This document shows, in pieces, positions 12,431 to 25,741 of a DNA stretch of 64,000 nucleotides (position 1 is its first letter; every line of letters begins with the position of its first letter). Source of the stretch: Eledone cirrhosa. Lineage: Eukaryota. The stretch spans positions 40,858,001 through 40,922,000 of the forward strand of contig OZ024741.1 of NCBI GenBank assembly GCA_964016885.1. The letters are read 5' to 3'. The translations under genes and the position numbers were made by a program. The notes beneath the pieces were generated by a model, which saw only the letters and a program-made list of their open reading frames with translations, was not told the DNA's origin and did no database searches.

Positions 12431-13596
12431 TTAAATCACAGACGACCTTACAGTCAGTCAATTGAGATGGGTTTTCAAAGTTTCTGATGATCCAGTTTCA
12501 CTCAAAAGCTTAAGCTGAGCTGAGGCTATGGTAAATGACATAAGATGCCACACACAGACAGTAGGATCAAACCTGAAACCTTATGATTGTGAATCGAACA
12601 TCTTAACCATTCAACCATGCTGTGTTCCTTAATTAAATACATCTTTATTAACTCAACCTCTACTTCTGACACTGACGTCTCCAACCATCACACCTTCATA
12701 TGTCAGCCTATCCCAAACTACCATCTTTTGAGGAAGAGATGTTCCATCTTTGGTATGAATCTCTGCCTCATGCCATCTGTTGGGTTTTTGACTTGGAATA
12801 CTCAACCTGGATCCTTTGTCTGCTTCCACAACTCTTCATCTTAAATCATCATTACCTTAATTAGACCTGACTTCACCTTCCATACTACTAACTGTTTCCC
12901 ATGTACCACCAAAAACATCCTTTACTGCATTTAACACTTTTGATCTGAATCAACTGCCTAAGTTTCTATGAAATAAATCAATACATTTTAAAGGGTTCCT
13001 ACTTAAATTAAAACTTTCTTACATAATTTTATATAAAAATATTTTGTTATGTTATAAACACCATCTTAATGAAATCATAATTTTTGTAAATCCTTCCTAA
13101 ATTCTTCATTAATTAATTAAAATATAAAGTATTTCATTAGAAATATGGCAATGAAAACATTAAAGGCATCTTTATGGTTTGTTGTATATTGGAGAAACTG
13201 GTTGGAGATCGGCAAGCCAATTTAGAGAGCAATGTTTAGATATCTGTGGAACAACACTGAATCACTTTGATCTTTAGTTTGTCATTTCAATATTCCTAGG
13301 CTCAACTCCACATTGTGGTGTCTTGAGCAAGTGTCTTCATGTGAGTGAAATCTGGTAGACAGAAACTGTACAGCAGTAAAATGGATGGATTATACCAGTA
13401 ATTCAAACGTTCAGTCTTGTCAGATAATGTCACGCTGATTTGACCTGAGAATTATCTTCAGGATACACGTGTTTGTGGAATACTCAATCACTTACATGCT
13501 AATTCATGAGTTGGACATTCAGTGGATTGAACAACTAAATGTTCATCATCAAAATCGATGAAGGATCAATCCTCATTATTTTAACTAATATTGATA

Positions 13597-14284
13597 GGGT
13601 GGTGGATTGGCAGTATCAGTAGAGCATCAGACAACATGATTTATGACATAGAGTTACGTTCCTTTACGTTGAGTTCAAATTTCGCTGAGGTTAGTTTTGC
13701 CTTTCATCCTTACGGGGTCGATAAAATAAAGTACCAGTAATGCACTGGGATCAATTTAATCAACTTGCCCCTCCCCAAAATTGTTGGTCTTGTGCCTAAA
13801 TCAGAAACCATTATTTTAACTGGTATAATGGGTGGTGGATTGGCAGTATCGGTAGAGGGTTGGACGCCATGCTTTGCAGCAAAGAGTTACGGCCCTTTAT
13901 GATCTGAGTTCAAGTCCCGCCGAGGTTAACTTTGCTTTTCATCCTTACGGGGTCGATAAAATAAGGTACCAGTAATACACTTGTGCCAAAAGTAGAAACA
14001 ATTATTTTAACTGGTATATAGGTAGATGGTTAAAACCACACAACGAAAGATTAGCTAGAACAAAAAGAAATATATGCAAAGGTAGATTTTAGGAATAATA
14101 GTTTCTACTTTTGGCACAAGGCCAGCAATTACTCAGTACATTACTGGTACTTTATTTTATCGACCCCCATAAGGATGAAAGGCAAAGTTAACCTCGGCGG
14201 GATTTGAACTCAGACTGTAAAGGGCCATAACTCTATGCTACAAAGCATGGTGTCTGGCGTTTTACCGATACTGCCAATCCACCA
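13597..14284. mobile_element. Cluster of three SINEs (13597-13815 +, 13828-14006 +, 14095-14284 -)
   Basis: Family match; second copy has TSD attattttaactggtata. Confidence 0.85.
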
Positions 14285-15424
14285 ATAAAGACAGAATCAT
14301 TTTCAATAGATAAAACACAGGAAACAAAAGTATAAGTCACTATAAAAACATATTAAAAAGAGAAAAATAGAAGTGGACAGGGCATGTGGCTTGAACACAT
14401 GACAGATGGATAAAGCTGTGAACAAAATGGAGACTGGGATTATATAGATGAGGAAGACAAAGGATGAGATGGAAAGATGTGATCAATATGTTTATAAACA
14501 TTGCATGGATGAGACCAATATAGGATAGAAACAATTGGCACCAGCTTGGGAAGGTTTTTACCTTGCCGTGGGCAGATAATGGCTAAGAATAATGATGATG
14601 GGAAATAGATGAGGTCAGAGGCCTGTTTATAGCATGAAACACAGGATATGAGAGGACACTAACTCCTGGTTCTCCAGCTAAGAGCTTATGCTCTCAGCTC
14701 TTGCAACACCTCACAATTACGATAAAACACTCTGATAGATAGAAAGAGCAACACTAAGTACTTAATGTCATCTATCTTATTTATAGACTACTTAATTGAA
14801 AGCAGGATTCAATGCTCATACCACCTTACACATACAGACAAACAACTGCACATACATACACAGATACAAAGAGACAGACACATGCACATAGAAATACTGA
14901 AAGACAGATAGAAAGATAGACATGCACAAATACAAAGACACACACACAGACTCACACATAAAGACACACATACACAGACTTACACAAATAGATCACACAC
15001 GCACTCACACATAGAGACACACACATAGACTCACACGGAGACACATGCACAGACTTACACACATATGCACACACAGATACATATTTGTACACACAAATGG
15101 AGACAGACTGATACACACACACACAAATGAAGACAAACACACAGAGAAAGGTGGAATCCATTCAAAAGCTTTTAGTGTAGAGGATGGAGAAATACCCCTC
15201 CCCCCTCTGCACCCTACCCCTAAAAAATAACAAAGCCAAGATTAAGATTAGCATTTCATTGAAAATATTCTGATGAGCAATTCCATTGGTTTGAAAAGGT
15301 GTCTAGTTCAAACAGTAAGTTATATTTGTATTCATTAATGAAGTTTTGGAAACACAATTGCCTTCTCAAATATTGCTTGGAGTTAAAATGATTTAAAGAT
15401 ACACTCACGCACATATATATATAT

Positions 15425-15868
15425 ATATATATGTGAATATAGACATAGAATATTCGAAAATATTCTGTATGTTTATAATAAACATTTTGAAGACCTAATC
15501 GCTATAGAATAGAATACGTCACGTATTACAATTAGATTCTCGATAAAAGCAAGGGAAGTAATCTACGCGTTTCATTCTTGTTAGAAATCTTCAGGACTAC
15601 ATATCCAGTGCTTTTATCGAGAATGACACAGCTAGAGACTTATAGAATACTTAGCTGTGTACAGGAACTGGTTTGAAAGAGCGGTTGCCGGTCCGGCAGA
15701 AATTAGAAATTGGAATAAATGCTCTGAAATAGCGATATATATGTGAATATAGACATAGAATATTCGAAAATATTCTGTATGTTTATAATAAACATTTTGA
15801 AGACCTAATCGCTATAGAATGTCTATATTCACATATATATCGCTATTTCAGAGCATTTATTCCAATTT
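15425..15868 (-). mobile_element. Retrozyme/PLE-like element: 310-bp unit with 85-bp direct repeat plus short inversion
   Basis: 15427-15510 repeats at 15737-15820; 15707-15757 is inverted at 15819-15868; hammerhead inside; TA tracts on both sides. Confidence 0.8.
15558..15600 (-). ncRNA. Minimal type-I hammerhead ribozyme
   Basis: Minus strand GTAGTC CTGAAGA TTTC-taacaa-GAAT GAA ACGCGT A GATTAC: stem I GTAGTC/GATTAC, palindromic stem III, GTA triplet. Confidence 0.85.
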
Positions 15869-16001
15869 ATATATATATATATATATATATACACATACAT
15901 GCATATTATTCACATACATACACACACCATATATAATTATATATATATATATATATGCATACACACATATATATATACATACACATATATATATATGCAT
16001 C

Positions 16002-16045
<44 letters not shown>

Positions 16046-16118
16046 TACACACACATATATATATATATCCACACTCATATATATATATATATATGCATAC
16101 ACACACATATATATATAT

Positions 16119-16325
16119 GTAAATGGTAGCACAGTGGTCTGGATAACCAAAGATGTGGGTTCGACTCCCATGTACGTCAATACTCATCTTTTTCCAATTC
16201 TCCGAGGGTTCTTAACCCCACTATCAGGCTAAATAATTTCTTTAATTTCTTTAGTCAAAATACGGCGATAGCTTACATTTATAATAATTTCAAACCCGCT
16301 AGCTGTTTTGAAAAATATTCTCAAT
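16119..16325 (+). other. tRNA-derived fragment followed by unique tail, in TA tract
   Basis: D-loop remnant GTAAATGGTAGCAC, anticodon-like arm TGGT-CTGGATA-ACCA, T-arm GTGGG-TTCGACT-CCCAT; no 5' acceptor strand. Confidence 0.6.
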
Positions 16326-16392
16326 ATATATCATCATTTCATCATTTCATTTTACGTCCGCTTTTCCCTGCTTGCAAGGGTGGGACAAGAAC

Positions 16393-16430
<38 letters not shown>

Positions 16431-16941
16431 TATAAATATATATATATATATATATGCATATATATATATATGCATATAAATATAATATATATATTTATGC
16501 CATGTGCGTTTTTCACTGGTAGTTAACTCCTCTGCCGCCAGGAAAAAACTCGTTGATAACGTAAACCTCCGTTCCACTTGCTCTAGTAGGCTTTTATATT
16601 TATATGTGAGCTGATAGAGTACAGTCTAAGGATTTACAGAAACCCATGAAGCTAGATTTAACACCTGTCTAGTGGGTCCGGGTATGATTTTACATTCATT
16701 TAAATTATTGACGTATTGTTTTATTGATATTTTTTATCTGTTTGGCCCGAATCTTCCTTTATCGATTTTAAATCGTATGGTTGATTGTAGACTTGTTCTA
16801 TATGTGACGGTATTTTAACGATAGTTATAGCTCTGATTCATCTGAATTATTGAGCCCTCTGCCGCTCATATCGAATTTCGTTTATCGTGAACTCGTGCGC
16901 CGATTTTTCGATACTCGATCTTTCTAATATATATATATATA

Positions 16942-17579
<638 letters not shown>

Positions 17580-17587
<8 letters not shown>

Positions 17588-19138
17588 TAAAATAACAGAT
17601 TAAAGTTTAAGCAAAGAATCGCTGCTTTCACCCTTAACGGGATCTTCTGAAACTAACAAAGTCAATCTGTAAACGCAGAACTGGATATTTCAAAAAACGT
17701 TGCAACCGGAGGAAGACAGGAAGACGATACTTTGGTTCGTGGTGACGTTCGCTGGCAAAGAACGGGAAAAAACGAATAATACGTCATTAATAGGAGCGGT
17801 GAAAAACAATTACGCGCAAAGACAGAACCATGTTTATGGTATAAAAGAGGTCGTAGACTAATGTTCTCTAAGTGGTGCATAGAGACGTTCTCTGGCAATG
17901 AACGAAAAAACGAAGATAATAAGTCATATGTGGAGCGTGGAGAACAATAACACGCAAAGACAAAACCACGTAAATAATGGTATAGCAGAAGTTGTAGACT
18001 AAAATTCTAACTAGGAGACCGAATGAATCTCCGCTACAGAGTTAAGAACAAAGTAAATAAATACAATACAGAAGTAATAGAAACAAATAAATACATACAC
18101 GCAAACCGATAAGTACATACACAAGCATACGCAAAACCTTACCATAGGTATACAAAACCACGCACATATAAATATGTGTATGTGTGTATGCTTGTGTACA
18201 AATAAATAAATAATTATATAAACGTATATAAGTAAATAAATACGTATATAACAAGCGCACACACATGTGCGTGGTTTTGTATACCTATGGTAAGGTTTGA
18301 GAAAATGTTTGGGAAGCACGTTGAATGGCTCGTTGAATGTAATACCATAGGTATACAAAACCACGCACATGTGTGTGCGCTTGTTATATACGTATTTATT
18401 TACTTATATACGTTTATATAATTATTTATTTATTTGTACACAAGCATACACACATACACATATTTATATGTGCGTGGTTTTGTATACCTATGGTAAGGTT
18501 TTGCGTATGCTTGTGTATGTATGTATCTGTTTGCGTGTATGTATTTATTTGTTTCTATTACTTCTGTATTGTATTTATTTACTTTGTTCTTAACTCTGTA
18601 GCGGAGATTCATTCGGTCTCCTAGTTAGAATTTTAGTCTACAACTTCTGCTATACCATTTACGTGGTTTTGTCTTTGCGTGCTATTGTTCTCCACGCTCC
18701 ACATATGACTTATTATCTTCGTTTTTTCGTTCATTGCCAGAGAACGTCTCTATGCACCACTTAGAGAACATTAGTCTACGACCTCTTTTATACCATAAAC
18801 GTGGTTCTGTCTTTGCGCGTAATTGTTTTTCACCGCTCCTATTAATGACGTATTATTCGTTTTTTCCCGTTCTTTGCCAGTGAATGTCACCATTAACCAA
18901 AGTATCGTCTTCCTGTCTTCCTCCGGTTGCAACGTTTTTTGAAATATCCAGTTCTGCATTTACAGATTGACTTTGTTAGTTTCAGAAGATCCCGTTAAGG
19001 GTGAAAGCAGCGATTCTTTGCTTAAACTTTAATCTGTTATTTTAATAAATATTTGCTCTTCGGTTCTTATATATTTGATATATATTTTCCTTATCGAGCC
19101 CTCTTTGGATTTTAGTCTTCAATTTTATTATTATTACT
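17580..19138. mobile_element. Large fold-back element: ~710-bp inverted arms (17580-18292 / 18343-19052), 50-nt loop, tail 19053-19138
   Basis: Arms match with only scattered differences. Variant hammerhead near the outer arm ends; tail with TCGAGCCC; inserted in (TA)n. Confidence 0.92.
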
Positions 19139-19474
19139 ATATATATGCATCATCATCATCATCATCAGGTTTAGCGTCCGTGTTCCACGCTTGCATGGGT
19201 TTGGACGGGGGTTTTCCCACTTGAGGCAAGAGTGGTTGTCTTGCTCGCATAGGACTGTCTGGCGGGTTTTCTACAGTTGGATGCCCTTCCTAACACCAAC
19301 CACATTTACAGTGTGGGGCTGGGAGGTTTTTACCGTGTTGCCTACACGGCCACATTTACAGCGTGGACTGTGTGTTTTTTGTCGTGACACCTACACGATC
19401 TCATTTGTTTCGGCCTGGATGTTGATATATATATGCTTATATATATATATATGCATATATATATATATATATAT

Positions 19475-19987
19475 ATTCAAGTTTGAGGTTCACCACTGGA
19501 TAGAGCTGGTCAATTCCGTATGGTCAATCGCAATGTAATAATATAGAGAGTACTCAACGTAAAGTAGTTCAACCGTCTTTGTTTTTGTAGTTGGTGGTGC
19601 TATTACGGAGTTAAATATTATAATGAAATGACAGGAGGCTGGATTTGTGTAAATCCTTGAAAGGTTTATTATACTATGATCATTTCAATGACCGGGTTCC
19701 GTATGAATCCGGTGATATCATCAGGTATTCGAAATATAATACGTGAATGTAATAGATAAAATCCATGGGGCTGAAAATCGAGGACCCGAGGGCGACCGCT
19801 ATTCAGCACCTTCTACCTTTGCCGGTCGCCCTCGATGGATTTTATCTATTACATTCACGTATTATATTTCGAATACCTGATGATATCACCGGATTCATAC
19901 GGAACCCGGTCATTGAAATGATCATAGTATAATAAACCTTTCAAGGATTTACACAAATCCAGCCTCCTGTCATTTCATTATAATATT
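19475..19987. mobile_element. Fold-back hammerhead element (tail 19475-19613; arms 19614-19786 / 19835-19987)
   Basis: Near-perfect inverted arms plus inner hairpin cgagggcgaccg/cggtcgccctcg. Confidence 0.9.
19873..19930 (+). ncRNA. Type-I hammerhead ribozyme (mirror copy in left arm)
   Basis: ATAC CTGATGA [ACCGG-a-TTC-atacg-GAA-c-CCGGT] GAA ATGATCAT A GTAT; palindromic stem III, ATA triplet. Confidence 0.8.
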
Positions 19988-20007
19988 ATATATATATATA
20001 TATATGC

Positions 20008-20041
<34 letters not shown>

Positions 20042-20185
20042 ATGCATATATATATATGTATGCGTATATATATATATATATATATGTATGCATATATATA
20101 TACATATATATAATTATATATGGTGTGTGTATGTATGTATGTGAATAATATGCATGTATGTGTATATATATATATATATATATGC

Positions 20186-20218
<33 letters not shown>

Positions 20219-20239
20219 TAGTTTGGTGTATAAACAAAA

Positions 20240-21030
20240 GAAGAGAACAATCAACAGATTTACAATACATGCCTCAAACCATCAAAAAATGTACAAACAC
20301 TCGTTGACAAAACAATGAATATCCTCCAAACAAACACTACCACACACAACAAACTCCGAACAAATGTCATCACCAATACATACAATGACAAAAATACAAT
20401 GGCAAAACATATGATGTATACTGTGTGAACTGCCTCCTTGACTCCCATCACCTTTAAGGATCATGAACAAAACTTACTTTCCAGCCCTAAGTACAGGTTG
20501 ATGAACCCTCTAATTGTGAAATAGGTAAAATTAGTAAGCTTATATTTGAAGGCATACACTCTGAAATCAGAAGAATGACTGCCCTGGTTGAATGTGATAC
20601 CAACTACACCGTCATCCTACACTTTCACCCTATCAAAAAATAAAACAACCTGCAGATTCACTCAGTTTGACATCATGGACTTTTATCCTTCCTACTGAAA
20701 GCTTTAGGTTTTGGGAACCAATTCACTAGGATCAGTGTCCCTAATATCAGAATAATTCTGAATGTATGGAAGCTACATTGGGCAATAAAGGGGACTTGCT
20801 GTCCAACATATTCACGGGGCCCTACATTGGAGCTGAGGTTGTTGAGCTTATCAGCTTATTCATTTTTAAAACCCTCAGAAAATGAACATAATCCCCCAAA
20901 GCTCAGCACTATATATAGGCAAATGCCTGGCAATGTTAAGCCATACCAATGACCACGTTATAAGGATCTTCAAAGAGTTCAGCCTAAACGGAACAGTCAC
21001 CACTAACTTAACTAAAGTCAATAATTTGGT
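20240..21030 (+). pseudogene. Decayed Penelope-like RT, Naiad-type motifs
   Basis: Fragments translate ITFKDHEQNLLSSPKYRLMNP, EIGKISKLI, RFTQFDIMDFYPS and YIGAEVVELISLF, matching the ITLKDHK..RLINP..EIG.ISK / FDI.DFYPS / YDGAEVCELVG pattern. Multiple frameshifts. Confidence 0.7.
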
Positions 21031-21971
21031 CCTAAAAAGTGGTAGAGAGGGGTGGGGAAGAATGAGAGGGAGAGAGGTGGGGGAGAAAGAGAGAGAGAAA
21101 AGAATCAACCTCAGTACTGGACTGGTATTGTATTTATTGATCTCAAAAGGATAAAAGACAAAGTCAGCCTCAGTGGGATTTGAACTCAACTTGCAGAGAT
21201 TTGGAACAAATACTGAGGCATATTTAATCTGACACCAAACAACTTAGCCCCTTTGACACTTTCCATATCATCATCATCACCGTTTAACGTCCATTTTCCA
21301 TGCATGCATCAGTTAGATGGGTTGTCCACGTTGAGAGACAAGTCTAGCCAGGATTGGCCACACCATACCATGCTCCGACGAGACTGTAAATTTGGCTGAG
21401 GATTCTACAGCTGGATGTCCTTCCTAACACCAACCACATTTACAGCAGATAAACTCATATTGTTGTTGGAGCTCTGTTGGTTTCAACGATGGATGTTCCA
21501 GGTGTTTGAACACCTGCCGATGAAATTAATGTATAAGTGGTCAAACATTTCATTCCACAGGTATGTGTAGCTTTCAGGGAGATTCAATGCGATAAAGTTC
21601 CCCCTTTAAATTACAGGTATAACTCATTTTTTCTGACTGAGTTGACTGAGTCAATATAAAATATAATACTTTTTTCAAAGACACATTGTGCCATTGAAAA
21701 TTGAACTCATGACCTTGCGATTCTGAGCCCAATACCTTAACCCTCAAGCCATTTGATTCCACACACTTACATATATACACACGTACATTAATACAGAAAT
21801 AAATTATACATGTATGAACTGAATTAAAGTCGACATTTCTGTAACTTTTAAGCCTCTCACTCTCTCTTTATGTTTGTCTGTTTCTTTCTCAGTCTCTTCC
21901 CCTCAATATTTCTTTCTATCGATCTATCAATTTTTACTCTCTATTTCTATAGCAAAGTTGGCATCAATATT

Positions 21972-24625
21972 ATCATCATCATCATCATCATTTTACGTTC
22001 GCTTTTCCCTGCTTGCAAGGGTGGGACGGGTATTATTCAGCACAGCATCTCTCCACTCGTCACGGTCCTTCGTCATCTCCACCATGAGTTTCAACGATCT
22101 GAGGTCTGTTCTCACCACCTCCGCCCATGTTTTTCGTGGTCTACCTCTACCACGTCTTCCTTCAACTGGCATTTCCCGGCACTTCTTCACCCATCGGTCA
22201 TCCTCCATGCGCATCACATGTCCATACCACCTCAGTCTCCTCTCCCGTACACTACATTCTATCCCTCTCAGACACAGTTTCTCTCTCAACACATTTATGC
22301 TGGGTCGTTCACGCACATTTACACTGCACATCCAACGGAGCATGCTTGCCTCATTTCTCTCCAGCCGTCGCATATCCTCTGCAGTTGCTGCCCATGTCTC
22401 ACTACCATGCAGCATCGCGCTCCTCACACAGGCATCATACAACCGGCCTTTCGTACGCAGGGAGAAACCCTTCTTCGTCAACAGAGGAACAGCTCCCTAA
22501 ACTTCTTCCAACCCGTCCTTATTCTAGATACTATGGCCTCGGAACACCCTCCTCCCATGCTAATCTGATCTCCTAGGTACCGGAAGCTATCCACCACTTC
22601 TATAGCACCCTCCTGCATTTGAAAAATGTGTCTATCAATGCGACTTCTACTGTCTAATTTCCCTGTACATCTACTGCATACATATTTCTCCCTACCTGTT
22701 AGTTTGCCTGCTATCCCGCTACATCTCTTGTGTACCCAGGATCTGCATTGTGTGCATTTTATAGAATTTATGCCAGTTCCTTTTCTGCTTATTGAACATG
22801 GCCATTTCCCTGACGGAATCAGGGTTTTGTCCTCTTTTCTACTCATCATCACTTTTGTCTTAGCTAGGTTCACTCTCAGTCCTCTTGCTTCCAATTGCTG
22901 TTTCCATAGCCAAAATTTATTCTCTAGCTCCTCTACTGATTCTGCTATAAGAACCAGATCGTCAACATAGAGAAGTTCCCATGGACAGCCAGTCTTAAAC
23001 TCCTCTGTTATGGCTTGGAGGACTATAATGAACAAGAGCGGGCTGAGGACCGAACCCTGATGTACTCCTACTTGTATCTGGAATTCCTCACTAAACTCCA
23101 TTCCTACCCTGACTTTACTGAGAGTACCTCTGTACAAAGTTTGCACTGTCCTCACAAGCCATTCCTCAACACCTAGCTTCCTTAGGGACCACCAGATGAC
23201 AGATCGGGGTACCCTATCAAAGGCCTTCTCTAGGTCAACAAAGGTTAAGTATAGTGGCTTATTTTTCTCTAAGAACCTCTCTTGCAATTGTCTCACCAAG
23301 AAGAGGGCATCTGTTGTACTCTTCCCAGGCACAAAACCAAACTGCATCTCGTCTAGTTTAACCCTTTCTCTAATTAGTTGTGCTAATATCCTTTCTGCCA
23401 CTTTCATAACCTGATCAATCAGTTTTATACCCCTATAATTGCTCCTTTCCAGAGCATCACCTTTACCTTTGTAGCAATTTATGAGAATACTGCTGCACCA
23501 GTCTTTGGGTATGACACCACCATATATAACCTGATTGATGATGCGTGCAACCAGTTTAGTGCCTACGTCCCCTGATGCCTTCAGCCTCTCAGCAACTATT
23601 CCCGATGGTCCAGCAGCCTTACCATTTTTCATTTCCCTAATCGCCTCTTGGACCCTATATTCATCAATCTCAATAGCTGGTCCCTCTGTCGGATCTACTA
23701 AGGGTAATTTCTCTCTCTCCCATTCGTTCTCCACATTTATCAGTCTCTCATAATGACATTTCCATGCCTCCTTTTTCTGATCATTCGTGACACTAAGTAC
23801 ACCGGCATCATCCCGGACACATTTATCTCCAACAACATCCTGATTTGCATTGACACACTGCCTTGCAATGTGGAACACTGCACGCCTCTGATCTTCCCGT
23901 CGCAGAACATTGGCAAACCTCCTACTCTCCGCCTCCCTGCGTGCTAAGTACACCTGATGTCTAGCTTTTCTCTTAGTGGCTGTATATTCTTCCCTACTCC
24001 CACCCTTTTTCCAAGCCTTCCATGCTAGTATTTTGTCTCTAATGGCCTTATCTACTGTGCTGTTCCACCACCAGGTCACTCTCTGTCTGGTTGGAGCTCT
24101 GCTCCAGCCACAAGTTTCATCAGTAGCCTGCAGCAAGTTGTCACGTAAGAAATTCCAGTTATTATCTATGTCATACGTCTCTAAATCGTCTTCTTTTTCG
24201 TCATATACATCTTGAAGGGCTTTCCTAAATTTGTATTTTAGTGAAGGGTCTTTTAGCTTCCAGACCTTTCTTCTCCACACCTTCCTATATGTCTCATTCC
24301 ATCTCTTGCTAACTGAGATATCACTAACAACTAACCTATGCTGTGGGGTACATTCTTCCCCAGAGTATGCCTTGGTATTAGACACTATCTGCCTGTCCCG
24401 CTGCCTAACTAGTAAGAAGTCAATCTGACTTATGTGCTCACCAGATTTGTAGGCTATTAGGTGATTGGCAGGTTTCTGGAAGTTTGTGTTGCAAATAGTC
24501 AATGTACCTGCATCACAAAATTCAAGAAGTCTCACTCCTTCTTCATTTCTTGAGCCGTAACCGTGCCCACCATGTACCCCAGTGTAACCATCCTGGAGCT
24601 GTCCAACATGACCATTGAAGTCATC
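21972..24625 (-). mobile_element. 5'-truncated RTE-clade LINE (partial AP endonuclease + RT, one frameshift ~22480)
   Basis: DFNGHVG and SQIDF endonuclease motifs; NYRGIKL, QFGF, FVDLEKAFD, GVHQGSVLSPLLF, YVDD, FRYLG; RRLRWYGHV C-terminus; (GAT)n tail. Confidence 0.96.
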
Positions 24626-24925
24626 TATTAGTAAATTTACAATTCTCTATATATGTTGATGGTCAGTGGATCCTCTGTTGGCTGCAATCATAAGCATTCA
24701 GTTGTTTGATTTAATCAACTGGGCTACCTATTCATTAACATTAATGTATTAGGTGTCTAAGTGTTCCATAGCTGACACATGTACTCTTAACATAATTCCT
24801 AGACCAAATCAGTAGAATATAAATATATATATATCACTGATGAAGGACTAATTTTATTCATATGTAACCCATGTGCAACCATGCAGCACTCAATTCTTCT
24901 CATATATATATATATATATAGTGCC

Positions 24926-25438
24926 CAGTCCACACTATAAAATGGTCATGTAGGTGTAATGACAAATGCATCCAGCCCACACTGTAAAGTGGCCGTGTAG
25001 GTGTCATGACAAAAATCACCCAGCCGACACTGTAAAGTGGTCATGTAGGTGTCATGACAAAACACACACAGCCCACACAGTAAAGTGGCCATGTAGGTGT
25101 CACAATAAAAAACACCCTGTACACACTGTAAAGTGGTTGTGTAGGTGTCATGACAAAAAGCGTGCAGCCCACACTGTAAAGTGATCGTGTAGGTATCATG
25201 ACAAAATGCACACAACCCACACTGTAAAGTGGTTGTGTAGGTGTCACAACAAAAAGCCTCCTGTACACACTGTAAATGTGGTTGGCATTAAGAAGGACAT
25301 CCAGCTGTAGAAACCAAGCTGAAATCAGTTCTGTATGGGCAAGACATGGTTACCTGACCTTGACTTGCCTCAAATAGGACAACCTCTCTAACCCTTGCCA
25401 ACATGGAAAAATGGACATTAAATGGTGGTGATGATGAT
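24926..25438 (+). repeat. ~7 tandem 48-bp units heading an RTE-3'UTR/SINE-like element
   Basis: Unit ccacactgtaaagtggtcgtgtaggtgtcatgacaaaaa.cacccagc, followed by ggacatccagctgtagaaa...catggaaaaatggacattaaatggtggtgatgatg. Confidence 0.88.
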
Positions 25439-25459
25439 ATATATATATATGAAAAAAAG

Positions 25460-25678
25460 GATCGATCAACTTTCGTCAAATCGGACCAAGGAAACAATGT
25501 TTTTGTTGGTCTTTCCAGTTGCTAATACTATCTATCGGTCACAACTCCAGGTAGAAGGAGCAGCGTGAAATAAAGTGTCTTGCTCAAGAACATAACTATC
25601 GCCCGGTCCAGGAATCAAACTCCCAACCTCAAGATTGCGAATCCAATTCTCTAACCCCTCAGCCATGCACCTTCACGC
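25460..25678 (-). mobile_element. CORE-like tRNA SINE, second subfamily (another copy at 38805-39010 +)
   Basis: Shared ctggagttg.gaccgatagatagtattagcaactggaaagaccaa...ttgacgaaagttgatcga. Confidence 0.75.

Positions 25679-25736
<58 letters not shown>

Positions 25737-25741
<5 letters not shown>

Noticed and set aside
16119-16176. Functional tRNA gene
   Set aside because: The 5' acceptor strand and part of the D-arm are missing; treated as a tRNA-derived repeat.
18011-18624. Mirror-image ORF pairs (74-119 aa)
   Set aside because: By-product of the palindrome and AT/GT low complexity.
21870-24428. Plus-strand ORFs of 64-232 aa
   Set aside because: Antisense shadows of the RTE ORF.
24838-24860. 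CTGATGAAGG as a hammerhead
   Set aside because: No stem II or GAAA follows; it lies in an element tail of the opposite orientation.
24926-25285. CRISPR-like periodic array
   Set aside because: The units are contiguous diverged tandem copies with no unique spacers, there are no cas genes, and the context is a eukaryotic retroelement.
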